A stretch of 64,000 nt of DNA from Lama guanicoe (Eukaryota), in assembly GCA_013239625.1 (NCBI GenBank), contig MU054831.1:807457-871456 (forward strand), read 5' to 3'. Shown here piece after piece: positions 41,300 to 52,643 of this stretch. A program made the translations under genes and the position numbers. The notes below the pieces were generated by a model. The model was not told the DNA's origin. It was given only the letters and a program-made list of their open reading frames with translations, and ran no database searches. Every line of letters begins with the position of its first letter. Positions within the stretch are counted from its first letter, which is position 1.

Positions 41300-43600
41300 G
41301 TCATTTCATGTATCAGCTTTACTCCATACCAAAACCAGACAAAGATGCTACAAGAAAATAAAACTGCAGTCCAGTATTCTTCATCAACATAGAAACAAGC
41401 ATCCTCAGTAACATTTTACCAAATTGGATCTAATAGTGTGTAAAAAGGTTAATACCTCATGACCAGATTTGGTTTATCCCAGGAATGCAAGGTTGGTTCA
41501 AAAATCAATGTAATTCACTAAATTAAACTAATAAGAGAAAAATCATGTTATTGTTTCTATGGATGTAGGAAAAACATTAACAGAAGTCCCAAATCCATGG
41601 CTAATCAAAACTTTTAATAGAAGACCACTTCCTTAATCTGATAAAGGATGTCTACAATGAATCTATAGCTAACATCATACTTAATGGCAGAAAGTGGGTG
41701 CTTAGCCCTTAAGACCCAGAGCAAGACAAGCTCACCCCTGCCGTCTGTCACCCCTCCTCAACGTGGTGCTGGAGGTTCTAACCCGAGCAACGAGGCGAAG
41801 CAAAGAGAGCGACGGCCCCAGACCAGAGCGGAAGAAAAGCAGAGCTGCGTCGGTAGCAAGTCTAGAATATACCCCAAAGCTACTAGAATTAACTGAGTTA
41901 ATACCAGAGCAATATACAAACGCTAATTTCACCTCTATACACTAGCAATAAACAGTTGAAAATCTGAGTTTAAAAAACTGCCATTTATAATGGCAAAATG
42001 TGAACTACGTAGGTAAAAGTCAAAAAATAAGAGGCGTCAACATGCTGAAAGTTACAAACACGGATAAGAGAAATCAAAGAAGACCTACGTGAAACGAGGA
42101 GCTATGTCATGTTCGTGACCGGGAGGTTCGGCATTTGTTAAGATGACCTCCCTCCCCAGACTGACCTGTAGATTCAGCATGACCTCAGTCGAGCGTCCTG
42201 ACGTATCAGCTACCTGATTCTAAAAGTTACGTGAAAAATAAAGGACCTAGAAATGCTAGGACAAACTTGAAACTGAAGAATAAAGTCGGAAAAATCACAA
42301 TACCCAGTTTAAAATTACTAAAAAGCTACAGCGATCAGGACAGTGTGGGGTGGCGAAGGGACAGTGTGGATCAACCAAGAGAGAATCCAGAAACAGACCC
42401 ACACAAGTACAGCCAACTGGTTTTTTTTACAAAGGTGTAAAAGCAGCCAGTGGAGAAAGGGTGGCCTTTCCCGCAAGTAACATTGACGTGTTTTAGTTGA
42501 TATGTTAATTGATTGTTATGTTTTCATAGGTATGTTTTTAAAAATGAACATCAACCTAAACCTTACACTTTATACAAAAAGTAACTCAGAATGTTATGTA
42601 AAACCTAAATCCACACATCTTCTGGAAGACAGTAGACAAGGAAGTCCCCAAGATGAAAAGCTAGGACAAGTGTTGTCAGACGTGCCACCAAAAGCTCTGC
42701 CCACGAAAGAAAAGAAACTCAGCACTGAACTTCATTACCGTGAAAAACCCCTGCTCTGTCAAGAAAATGAAGACCAACCAGACACGGAGACACTCACAAG
42801 TCACATACCTGACGTGGGACTTGTCTCCAGGACACATTAAGAATTCTCAAAACTCGGTGGTAAGAAATCAAGCAACCAATCTGAAAATGGTAAAAGATGC
42901 CGCTACACACGTTACAAAGGTTACGATGAAAAACCACCACAAAACCCTGACAGTATCAAGTGTTGCTGAGGAGATGGAGGGACTGGAACTCTCCTCCACA
43001 GTTTGTAAAAATGCGAAAGGCACAGCTGCTCTGGAAGTGGGTTTGGGAATTTCTTGGGAAGTGAAGCGTGCACCTCCACCTGACTCAGCAGCCCCACCGC
43101 GGGACGTCTGCCCTGGAGGAATGGAAACTGCGCCGAGGGAAACTGATGTGCGTACGTTGAGAGCAGCTCTACTCATAATTGCCTCCAAATGGAAGCGATT
43201 CACGTGTCTTTCAGCAGGCGGGTGGTCAGACAGGATGTGGTCCGTCCACACCACGGAAATCTGTTTAGCAATCGAAGCATGGAACCGAAGCATGCAGAAA
43301 CTTAGGTGACTCGCAAAGGCATTACGCCGAGTGAAAGAACTAATCTGCAAAGGCTACATTCTGTGTGACTCCATTTATACAACATTCTCCGGAAGACACA
43401 GCAGTGATGGGAGAACAGAGTAGGGGATATGGTTGGGGACTGTGTTCGCGTAAGAGAGTTTTTGGGGTGATGGAACTGTTTGGCACCCTAGTAGCAGTGG
43501 TGGTGACATGAATATACACATGTTTTAAAATTCATAGACCTGTACATTGATGGAAAAAATAAGTCAATTATCACTCCATGATAATTTTAAAAATTAAAGT
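41300..43600 (+). mobile_element. Old LINE-1 (L1M-type) ORF2 RT region through 3' end, degraded
   Basis: ACCAAAACCAGACAAAGA, CATGACCAGA..TGGTTTATCCCAGGAATGCAAGGTTGGTTCAA (GFIPGMQGWF), CCAGAAACAGACCCACACAAGTACAGCCAACTG, and 3' motif GGCTACATTCTGTGTGACTCCATTTATAC; many stops and indels. Confidence 0.9.
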
Positions 43601-43624
43601 TTTTTAAAGCATCTCAAAAAAAAG

Positions 43625-43980
43625 ACAGTTTTTTAAAATGGTGTTGGAACATCCATATGGAAAAAATAAACCTCGCACCGTACCCCAAATTAATTCAAAA
43701 TGGGTCATCGATCTGCATGTGAATCCAAACCCTGTAAACTCCTGGGGGAGAAGCTTTGTGACCTTGAGGTTGTCGGAGATTTCGCAGATACGAAACAAAA
43801 CCATGACCCCTAAAAGAAAAATCAGAGAAATCAGACTTCATCAAAATGAAAATTTTCTCATTTTTGAAAACATTTAATAAAATGAACAGACAAGGCGTGG
43901 GCTGATCAGACACCAGTGTCCAGAGGGACACAGAACTCCGAAACTCTCCGACGAGACAGCACACCATCCAGTCCGAAGAA
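43625..43980 (+). mobile_element. Second L1 ORF2 C-terminal fragment
   Basis: ATGGTGTTGGAACA...AAATTAATTCAAAATGGGTCATCGATCTGCATGTGAA matches L1 ORF2 C-terminal region. Confidence 0.75.
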
Positions 43981-44099
43981 AAGGATTCTTAGAGTGGGGG
44001 GAGCAGATTAAAGAAACTTGGGAAACCTTTCATGGATTCTGATTTTTCAAAAAAGTTAAAAGCTTTAGATGACCCCTCACCTCAGATCTTAAGGCGCTT

Positions 44100-45260
44100 G
44101 GCGGTCACGATGCCCGCTCCAACAAGAAAAAGCTGAGTATAACGGAGAGCCAGCGAGTTCAGAACCGAGGCCTCAGGGCCGGCCGCTGCCCCCAAACCTG
44201 GAGCGACAGCAGAGCCACGGCAGGGTCCGCTGGCCGGAGTGGGGCCGGAGTGTGGCCGGAGCGGGCACAGACGGGCAGGAACCCCTACATGGCAGTGGGG
44301 ATGCCTTGCTGGAGGCTGAGCACAGGCTAGATGCAGACAGAGAAACTCCTTGGGCCTCGGGCCTTGAGGGACCTCACTCTCTCGTGGATTTTACCACCAG
44401 GAGCCCCACCAAGTTCTCCTGGTGAAAAGCAAAGAAAACTCCCTTATGTTTCTGCCAGGGGGTGAGGAAGACAAATCCAATCGAAATCTGCCCAGAGCTT
44501 TATCCATAACAGAGTCCTCTGGCGTGCAGTCTGGGGAGGGGCAAACCAGGACTCAGGGGGGACTCCCTGAAATACTGCAGCCGGCACTGCACCTGATGGT
44601 GACACACGGGGGCCCCTACCCGAGACTGAGAACTAGACAAGGGGCCTCTCTCACCAGCCCCGTCCAAACCATGCTGGGAATTCCAAGTGCAACGAGACAA
44701 GAAAAGGAAGTACTAGGTACACGGACTGGGAAGAAAGAAATGAAACTGTGTTTGCAGATGGCAAGACTGTCTATGAAGAAAATCTGGAAAAAAAAGAAAA
44801 AAAATCCTTTCTGGAACTAGAAAGTGATTATAGCAAGGTCACAGGACATGAAGTCCACACACGGACGTTGATGGCTTCCCTGCACACCCGTGATGAACAG
44901 CTGGAATCTGAAATTTTAAAAACACCATTTATAGTAACATCTCCCCAGAAAAGGAGAGAAGTAAAAATGTAGGTAAAAATCAAGCAGAATATGTTATTAT
45001 TAGAAAACTACAAGATTCCGATGCACGGAATCAAAGAGGTGAGTAAATGGGGAGGCAGTCCGCGGTCACCGACTGCAGACTCACTGCTGGACGATGTGAG
45101 GTTTCCTGGTTGGATCTACAGACTCAAACTGCCAGGACGCTAGTCTGATGCTGACAAACTGAGTCTGAAATGTGTACGTCCCAGCCAGAGACAGAAGGGC
45201 CAACACAGTACTGGAGAGAACAAAATCGTAGGACACCCTCCCCGACTTCGAGACATACTC
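44100..45260 (+). mobile_element. L1 5'-region-like sequence followed by another L1 ORF2 RT fragment
   Basis: 44590-45260 has ACAAGAAAAGGAAG...GAAATGAAACTGTGTTTGCAGATGGCAAGACTGTCTATG (degenerate FADD RT motif); assignment of 44100-44560 is less certain. Confidence 0.7.
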
Positions 45261-45495
45261 TCAGCTTCCAAAGATCAGGGGAGGGACGGACGCTTGGGTG
45301 GGAAACTCAGACAAGAGGACCTGCCGGGGTGGAGACGAGGCGTCAGGTGACTCGGCCCATCTGCACAGCAAGACTGTCTCTGGTGGGGCGAACGGAGGCT
45401 TGGCTGTCAAGCCCCCATATTAAATGCCATCTGATCGGGGAGGCGCCACCCAGTCGGGCTCCTGGGCCGCAGGGGTGGGGCTGGCAGTCAGGGCA

Positions 45496-45544
45496 CAGGT
45501 GTGGCGCTCCCACGGTGGCAGGCGGCCCAGGTGGACTCTCCCAC
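45496..45544 (+). promoter_or_regulatory. Tandem E-box + TC-box (PTF1-like) elements in the AQP12 proximal promoter
   Basis: CAGGTG-tggcgc-TCCCAC (45496-45513) and CAGGTG-gactc-TCCCAC (45528-45544), 87-135 nt upstream of the ATG. Confidence 0.6.
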
Positions 45545-45630
45545 AGCTCGCCGCCCTTGGGGCCGCCGGCCAGCCCCCGACACGTCAGCTCAGCTCCCGG
45601 CTCAGCCCGGCTCCCAGGAACCTCTGGGCG

Positions 45631-46237
45631 ATGGCTGGTCTGAACGTGTCCCTCTCCTTCTTCTTTGCTACCTTCGCCCTCTGCCAGGCGGCCAGGAGGG
45701 CGTCCAAGGCCCTGCTCCCCAGGGGCGCCTATGACCACTTTGCCCGGGAGGCAGCGGGTGCGGCCCAGCTGGGGGCCTGCTGCCTGGAGATGCGCGTGTT
45801 GGTGGAGATCGGCCCCTGGGCGGGGGGCTTCGGCCCTGATCTGCTGCTGACCCTGCTCTTCCTGCTCCTCCTGGGGCACGGGGCCACCCTGGACGGGGCC
45901 TCGGCCAATCCCACCGTGTCCCTGCAGGAGTTCCTCCTGGCTGAGGCCTCTCTGCCCAGCACGCTACTGAAGCTGGCGGCCCAGGCGCTGGGCATGCAGG
46001 CGGCCGGCGCACTGACACGGCTCTTCTGGGCCTGGGAGCTCAGTGACATGCACGTTCTGCAGAACCTCATGGACCTGCACTGCAGCACGGCCCTGCGCAC
46101 GGCCGTGCCCCACGGCGCGCTGGTGGAGGGCTCCGGGGCCTTCTTCTTCCACCTGACCTTCCTCCACCTCCGAAACACCCTCCCTGTCTGCAGGGTGCCG
46201 GCCGTGGCCCTGCTGGTCACCGTCATGGCCTGTGCAG
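45631..46237 (+). CDS. AQP12: Aquaporin-12 coding exon 1
   Basis: gcgATGG; MAGLNVSLSFFFATFALCQAARRASKALLP...DGASANPTVSLQEFL...ALLVTVMACA; donor GCAG|gtgaga; first pore box NPT at 45907-45915. Confidence 0.96.
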
Positions 46238-47343
46238 GTGAGACCTGGCGGCCTGTCTCCGGCCTCTGGGTGGCCAGCCTGCACACTGACGCCTCTGGAC
46301 GCCCAGGGGTGGGGATGCTGGCCGAGGGGCCACAGAGACTCGGGGCGGCCCAGGCACTGGTGGGATGGTGACCAGCTAGGCTGGACACAGTGTGCTGGGC
46401 TGGGACCCCTGGGCCCTGTCAGGGCTGCCCTTCCTGGCTCTGTCTGTCCGTACCCCCGGCTCTCCTATTCATCCCAGAAGGTCTACACCTGGGGCAGGTG
46501 GGGCGGCCGGTGCAGATTATTCAGGGCCCGGCCCAGGCTCTGGCCTGGAAGTCCCTACATCCTCGGTCACCCCCTCCTAGAGTGCCCAGGCGTGTTGTTT
46601 CTTTCTTCCTCACCCTCTCCCCACTGGGCCCCACATATCACCCCAGAGGGCAGCTCCTCCCACCCCCCCCATCCCCTCTTTGTCTGGGGTCTATCCGCCC
46701 CAGGGCCGGGACTGTTGACCAAGCTCTCATGGGACCCTGCACCCCTGTGGAAGCTGCCCTGGGTTCTTCCCAAAGCCCAGAGCCTGCCCTGGCCCTGCCC
46801 GGGGGAGGTCCCTGCCCACAGGCCGTGGTCAGCCTGGCCTGGGGCTGAGGGACACTGGCGCTCCTCACATGTCCCCTCGCCGGCCCCGTCCAGTCCTCTG
46901 TCCTGTTGTCTCTCCGTCAGGCCGCGTCCATCTCTCTGTCCGCCCCCCCCCAGTCTCCATCTCTCTCCATCTCTGCGTCTCCTTCTCTCATCTCTCTGTC
47001 TCTCAGAGACAACCTCCCACGGGGGGAGCGGGGAGGAAAGTGCTGGGGCAGCCGAGTCACCCAGGGCGAGAGGTTGGAACGGGCGTCGGACATGCCTGGA
47101 GAGACTCCTGCTCCAGCTGCTCCCTGGCCCTGTGACCTTCGGCCTGGCTGAGCAGCCCTCCTGGGGTGCCCATCTACAAGGGGGTGAGGATGGGCTGAGC
47201 TCCCGGCCTGTGTGCCAGGAGCCTGCCAAGTCCAGGCCTGGGCCCAGCAGGACCCTCAGCGGGGATTTGGGGGTGGGCCGGGCCCGTCGGAAAGGTGGCT
47301 GCAGGCAGGACCGGGACGAGGCCTGTCTGTGCTCCCCCTGCAG

Positions 47344-47460
47344 CTGGGCCCCTCACGTCCGCCTTCTTCAACCCCACCCTGGCTGCCTCGGTCACCTTTC
47401 ACTGCTCGGGGCACACCTTGGTGCAATACGCCCAGGTATACTGGCTGGGCCCTCTGACAG
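47344..47460 (+). CDS. AQP12: Aquaporin-12 coding exon 2
   Basis: gcag|CTGG...ACAG|gtaagg; (A)GPLTSAFFNPTLAASVTFHCSGHTLVQYAQVYWLGPLT(G); superaquaporin Cys after the second box is retained. Confidence 0.96.
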
Positions 47461-49929
47461 GTAAGGGCAGAGGGGCCCCTGGGGCTCTGGGGGTCCCTGG
47501 TGACTGATGGACAAGGCCAGACCTGGGTGGTGGCTCCCATGGGGGACAGGAACAACACACGAAGCATCCCGGGTGGACATGCCTGTGGGACCCAGCTCGT
47601 TGGGGGGGTCAACTTAGGGGCCGCTGGTGTCCAGAGTGCTTCCCACGGTGGGTCCTGTGGGGCGGGGATAGGGCCGGGGAGCAATCCCGGGCTCCCCTCT
47701 GTGACGGAGACATGGGGGCTCCTCCTTGGCCCCAGTGATAGACCCTGTAGGAAAGGCTCCCGGAGTCACGTGCCCCTCCCTGACCACCCTGGAGGGGCGA
47801 GGTGATGTGAGCGGCTCATCTTGGTTTGGGCATCACACAGAGGGGCGGGAGCCAGGGAGGAAGGCGGCAGGGGTGGGGGAGACGCAGACCATCCGAGGGT
47901 GCTGGGCAGACAGACGGACGATTCCTGTCACGGGGATCCCTGTGTCCGGCTCCCGCGCTCCTTGCACGGCGCCCCCACAGACCCTGAGCCAGGATCCCCT
48001 GACCAGGCACCCACTGGGCCTGGTGACTGCGGAGCCACAGGGGAGAGTGGGCCGAGTGGGGCAGGAAGAGGGACAGGCCTCTCAGGGGACTGTGGACGCG
48101 GCAGTGGCCGTCCCCTGCGGCTCCTGGGTGAGCTGCCCTGGGACTCCCTGAAGCTGGCGTCCCTCGGCCCCCCCCCCGCCTTGGGGCCCTCCCTCCCCTG
48201 CACCTGTGCCCTTAGCCGCAGGCCACAGCAGTGGAGCCGGGGACCCTGGCCTCAGGGAGTCTGAGGCCCCGGGTGGAGGTCACACCCTCTCCTGCACCTG
48301 GTCGCAGCCCTTGACCCCACTGAGCTCTCCGCACCCTTGTCAGATGGGTAACTGGGGTCCAGTGGAACTCGGGGTGCACGCAGGGAGCACGGCCCAGCTT
48401 CCCAGGAAGGGGGTGCGGGGAGAAGCAAGCCCGAGGGGGTGGGACTCCCAGGCCGACACGCGTCCCTGGGATGAGGCGGCGTCCTCGCTACTGTCCGTAA
48501 ATTCCGTCTCGCCTCCCACGGCTCGGGCACACTAGGTCCGGGAGCCACGCTTGGAGGGGCGCTCGCTCTCTCTGAAGCCTGAGGGTCCCTGACTGCCCGG
48601 CTCTGTGCTGCTGTCACTCCTGGGGGTCCCTGGACCCCCTCAGGAGCCTTCGGGCTGTGGGGAGGAGGCTGGGGGTTGAGCACCCCGTGTGCAAAGCCCA
48701 CTTCATTCCCGGGGGTGGGGGCGTCCCCGCCAGGGCTCGGCTGCCCTGAGTGCACACACCCTCTCCCCGACGGGGGTGGGGCCGGCGTCCAAGGCTGTTC
48801 CCGCAGGACCCGCCTGGGGACCCAGCACTTCTCACGCGGCCTTGCCCTCCCCTCCTCCCAGGCTGGCCCCAGCTGAGCCCATCTCCAGTGAGCCCATGCC
48901 CACTGAGACTCGGCAGCGCCCCGGCTCCCTGCATTGCGGGGGGCGCCTGCTGCACCCAGGCTGTTAGCATGTGCCCTCCACTTGCTTTGCAGCTGCTGTC
49001 CCCTCCCCTCCCCACCTTGGTGGGCTGACACGGTTACAAAATCTTTCAGCCATGTCAAAGCAGTTCCAGGAAGCAGCAGTCATGTGTTCCATTTACCATC
49101 TTACCCCGAACTTCAGGGAGAATGTGCCCCGAGGACACGAGGCTGGGGGCAGCACCGCAGTGGTGCCGGGCAGGAAGTAGGGGCGCTCGCTGGGTGGGAC
49201 TTGCACCCTGCACCCGTGCTGGCGGCCCTGGGCCATGGCTCCTCCTCTCTGGGCCTGCCCTCCTCCTCAGCAGCGTGGGCCCAGTGTCCGCCGGAGGATT
49301 CGAGGAGGTGCAGCTGAGGGGTGTGGGCGCAGGGCCATTCTCTGGGCCACGGTGGCTGGAGCTGCCCACGGAGGCCAGTGTTGGCCAGGCTGCACTGACC
49401 TTTGCAGGGCCAAGCAAGCGTGCTAGAGGGGCCCACACACCAGAGTTTATTCCTTCAAGGATTTGCATCAAACGTGAAAAAAAACATGCTTTCCTCTCCT
49501 GCCTTGGCAAACTCACCTTCCCTGTGACCCGGACAGCTGGGTGGGGATTCGGGGCCCTCTGCTCCAGGAGTTCCGGCCAGAACCAGGAGGTCAGCCAGGC
49601 CCCGCCCCAGGCCCCGCCCACATGTGGCTCTTCCCCACCCCACACTCACCCATCCTGCCCAAAAGAGCCCCCCCCATCGGTGACGGGTCACCCTCAGGAG
49701 GCAGCCCTGGGAAGAAAGGCCGAGACTCAGGGCATCTGTGCGGGGTGCGGGGCCAGGTCCCCAGAGCACAGTCTGGAGGCGCACACGGTTCCCGTGGCCT
49801 GTCCCGTCTCCAAGGGGTAAGCTAGTGGAGGGGTGGCGCGAAGGGCCAGACCAGGGTCCAGGTAAGGGCCCCACCCAGGCCCGGGCGCAGTGAGCCCCCG
49901 CCCTGTGGTCTGACGCCGGCCTCCTGCAG

Positions 49930-50153
49930 GGATGGTCCTGGCTGTGCTGCTGCATCACGGCCGCCTCCCACGCCTCTTCCAGAGGAACCTGTTCTACAGT
50001 CAGAAGAACAAGTACCGAATCCCCAGAGCGAAGCCTGCCCAAGGGCCCGGAGACACCGAGAGGCCTGCGGAGGGGTGCAGGGGGCAGGGGCTCGGGCGGC
50101 GTCGGGTGGGCGGCAGCCGCCAAGCCCCCGCTGGGCCAGGAGGGTCCCTGTGA
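49930..50153 (+). CDS. AQP12: Aquaporin-12 coding exon 3 (total CDS 948 nt, 315 aa)
   Basis: gcag|GGATG; MVLAVLLHHGRLPRLFQRNLFYSQKNKYRIPRAKP...GGSL*. Confidence 0.95.
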
Positions 50154-50251
50154 GCATCACGTGAGCACCTGGCCCTGGCTGGATCCCGGGACCTCCCTGA
50201 GCTGAGAGGGGACCCAACCCACACCCCCTTCCTCCTCAGAAACCATTTGTC

Positions 50252-50257
50252 AGTAAA
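50252..50257 (+). terminator. Probable AQP12 variant polyadenylation signal
   Basis: AGTAAA ~100 nt after the stop; no AATAAA seen until ~51440, inside the transposon. Confidence 0.5.
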
Positions 50258-51389
50258 CCACCCCAAGCCCTGCCGTCTCCCTGGGCCCGACAGGCGTCTG
50301 AGGGCAGGCGGGGTGAGGCAGGCACCCCCTGGAGGCTGGGCCTCCATCTTCCCACAGGGCCTCTCTCGCCTCCTCTTTGTGGAGTCAGAATCAAAGCTGA
50401 GACCTAGGGGGACAGGCTGGAGGTCCAGGGTGAGCCAACCCGGTCCCGAGAAGGCCCAAGGGTAGGACATCCCACAGACGTGCCCGCCTGGCCTGGACGC
50501 GCCCCAGCACCCCCAGCCCGGGGGACCTGAACGGCCACCACACCTGGAGACCTGCTTGGAACGGTGTGGCTGGAGCCCAAGGCTGCAGGGGAGTGGGCTG
50601 GACACAGGGCACCCAATCCCACCATCCGCCAGTGCCCAGACCCGCAGGTCCCCACAGCCAGGCACTGGGGCCCTCACTGCAGAACCCCCGGGCTCCCCGC
50701 CAGGCTGAGAGGAGCCCCAGCCATTTTCTCCCCAAAGACCAGAGCTGATCTGGAATCTTCCTCCCCAAGAGAACAAAGCCCCCTCGGCTGGGGGTTCCTG
50801 GAGACCCATCCAGAGAGCAAGGCTGGCAGGGAGGCCCTGGGCAGCCTTTCCCAGGGGACGCCATGTGGAGGCTGTGTCTTCCTGCACCAGCTCCCTGGGG
50901 GCGGGAGAGAAGGAAGGCTCCCCACCCCGCTTCCTGTGGCCGCCTCTTTGCCCCCTTAAATCTGCCCCCCAGTGCAGCCTGGCAGTGAGGCCGCCCTGTG
51001 TGAGCCCTAGTCTCCTCCTCCCCTCCATGGAGTGGCCGCCAGGGAGGGGCGGGCAGGCCCAGGCGTCCCAAGGCCTCCGTGGGAGCGGGCCTGAGAGCCA
51101 GCCCTGTGCGGCTTCCAGAGAGAGAACAGTGCACACGGAGGATGATGGAAAGGGGCCAACCAGCACTTCTCACAGGGGGCTCTGTGTGCAATGTGCCACG
51201 GCCAGCACTGCGGGGCGGTCTCCGCGGCAGCAAAGGTCAGAGAGGTCGTAACCCCGGGGAGAAAGAGGGGCTCCCCACTGGGCAGCACCAGGGCCGGGGG
51301 GGTGGGGGGGCAGCACATCCGTCCCCGCAGAACGTCCCTGCAGCCTCCGCACAAATGCTCCCAGGGCAGGAATGCTGGTGCCTGGGCAG

Positions 51390-52190
51390 TCAATTTTATC
51401 AGCAAATCAGTTCAAGAAAAGCAAATACGTGGACATTGCAATAAAGCGTATCAGCAAGTTATTAAAATTATTCTAGGAGTTTAGAATTTTGATTTTGGAA
51501 AACTTCAGCACTGCAAAGCAAAATCCACAGGCTTGGAAACAAAAATTAAATTTAAGGAACACCGCATTAGGCAGAAAAGAAAACTTTCATATGATGCTTT
51601 GATGAACCAATTACTACTGACATGGACGGTAACTTAAAAACTAATTTTTCAGTATAATTGAAGATACAGTGATAAATGCGCAAAGAAGTCCTGGAAACGA
51701 TGTGCAAATCACGACTCAGTTTCTTACATGATCTCTGCAAGTTACAGGAAATATTAGAATGACACTATAGATTTACATTTAAATTCAGACTTTCACAAAA
51801 CTCACTTGTATGAAGAGTTAAATCTTTTTAAAAAATTGCTCTGAAGGAGTCATCAGCTCAAATGTCCTAAAATATACCTTTCAAAATACTTAGAAAGTAT
51901 CGCAGTGTCATCACAGCCCGCCAACACCCCGAACAGCCCCAGCCACGGTTTCGTCAGCAGAAAGATCCTTCTCAAAGTGGAAAGTTGCCAAAAACGATCT
52001 GTAATCCTGCATCTGCCCAGAGTGACCAGTTCTGCTTTCAGTTAGACTAGCTGAAAACGAAGTTGCTGAACGTATAAATTTTGATTCCCTAATTAATGAA
52101 TTCGCAGGAAAGGGAGACTGGAAACTCGTACGATCAATCAAGACCTCTCATTAATAAAGTGTGACTTATTGTGTTATATAAAAATCACAC
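51390..52190 (+). mobile_element. hAT DNA transposon fossil (Tip100/Zaphod-like), transposase C-terminal region
   Basis: From 51933: TAPATVSSAERSFSKWKVAKNDL*SCICPE*PVLLSVRLAENEVAERINFDSLINEFAGK, the hAT dimerisation motif (AERSFS) with stops; AT-rich island. Confidence 0.85.
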
Positions 52191-52224
52191 CAAGTTTTCA
52201 CACCAAGTTCACACTGTGTTCACA

Positions 52225-52490
52225 TAAAACAATCAGCCAGTTATTTACCAGCAAAGTGGTCTCTCTGGCCGCAGCAAAGAATTTCAATTCAGGACACGCA
52301 ACCAGGATGTGGGCATGAACAGGATTGCAAGCAAATCCTGTTTGAAAAAAGGCGAGGAAACCCGTGTGGAGGAGCAGGGCAGTGGGAGGAGCTGGCGACG
52401 CAGGACCCCTCTGATTAAAGGGCTCCCCACGCGCCGAGAGGAAAACCTGTGAATTCTTTTGCTGAAGTTCATGCATTTCAGAACCAGCCA
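52225..52490 (-). mobile_element. Probable ERV1-type LTR fragment
   Basis: Reverse strand GTGTCCTGAATTGAAATTCTTTGCTG...TTTGCTGGTAAATAACTGGCTG resembles recalled artiodactyl ERV LTR 3' ends. Confidence 0.45.
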
Positions 52491-52493
52491 CCC

Positions 52494-52643
52494 ACCTGCG
52501 CTGTAGCACAGGGAACTACACTCAGTCGTTCACTGGAATGGAAAAGAATTTGAAAAAATACATGTGTGTGTACAACTGCATCACTTTGCCGTACACCTGA
52601 AACTACCACTGTAAATCGGCTACACGTCAATAAAAAAAAAAAA
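52494..52643 (+). mobile_element. 5'-truncated L1 3' end with poly(A) tail (cetartiodactyl-type)
   Basis: TAGCACAGGGAACTACACTCA...ATCACTTTGCCGTACACCTGAAACTA...TGTAAATCGGCTACACGTCAATAAAAAAAAAAAA. Confidence 0.85.

Noticed and set aside
45424-45630. In-frame upstream ATG that would add 69 aa to AQP12
   Set aside because: Lies upstream of the putative PTF1 promoter sites; known AQP12 proteins start at MAGLNVS, which has a good Kozak context
46232-47464. 410-aa ORF across AQP12 intron 1
   Set aside because: Low-complexity composition, out of frame with exon 2, and canonical splice sites explain the gene
50000-51166. 388-aa minus-strand ORF; similarly 60883-61908 (341 aa)
   Set aside because: No recognisable homology or exon structure; typical GC-rich noise
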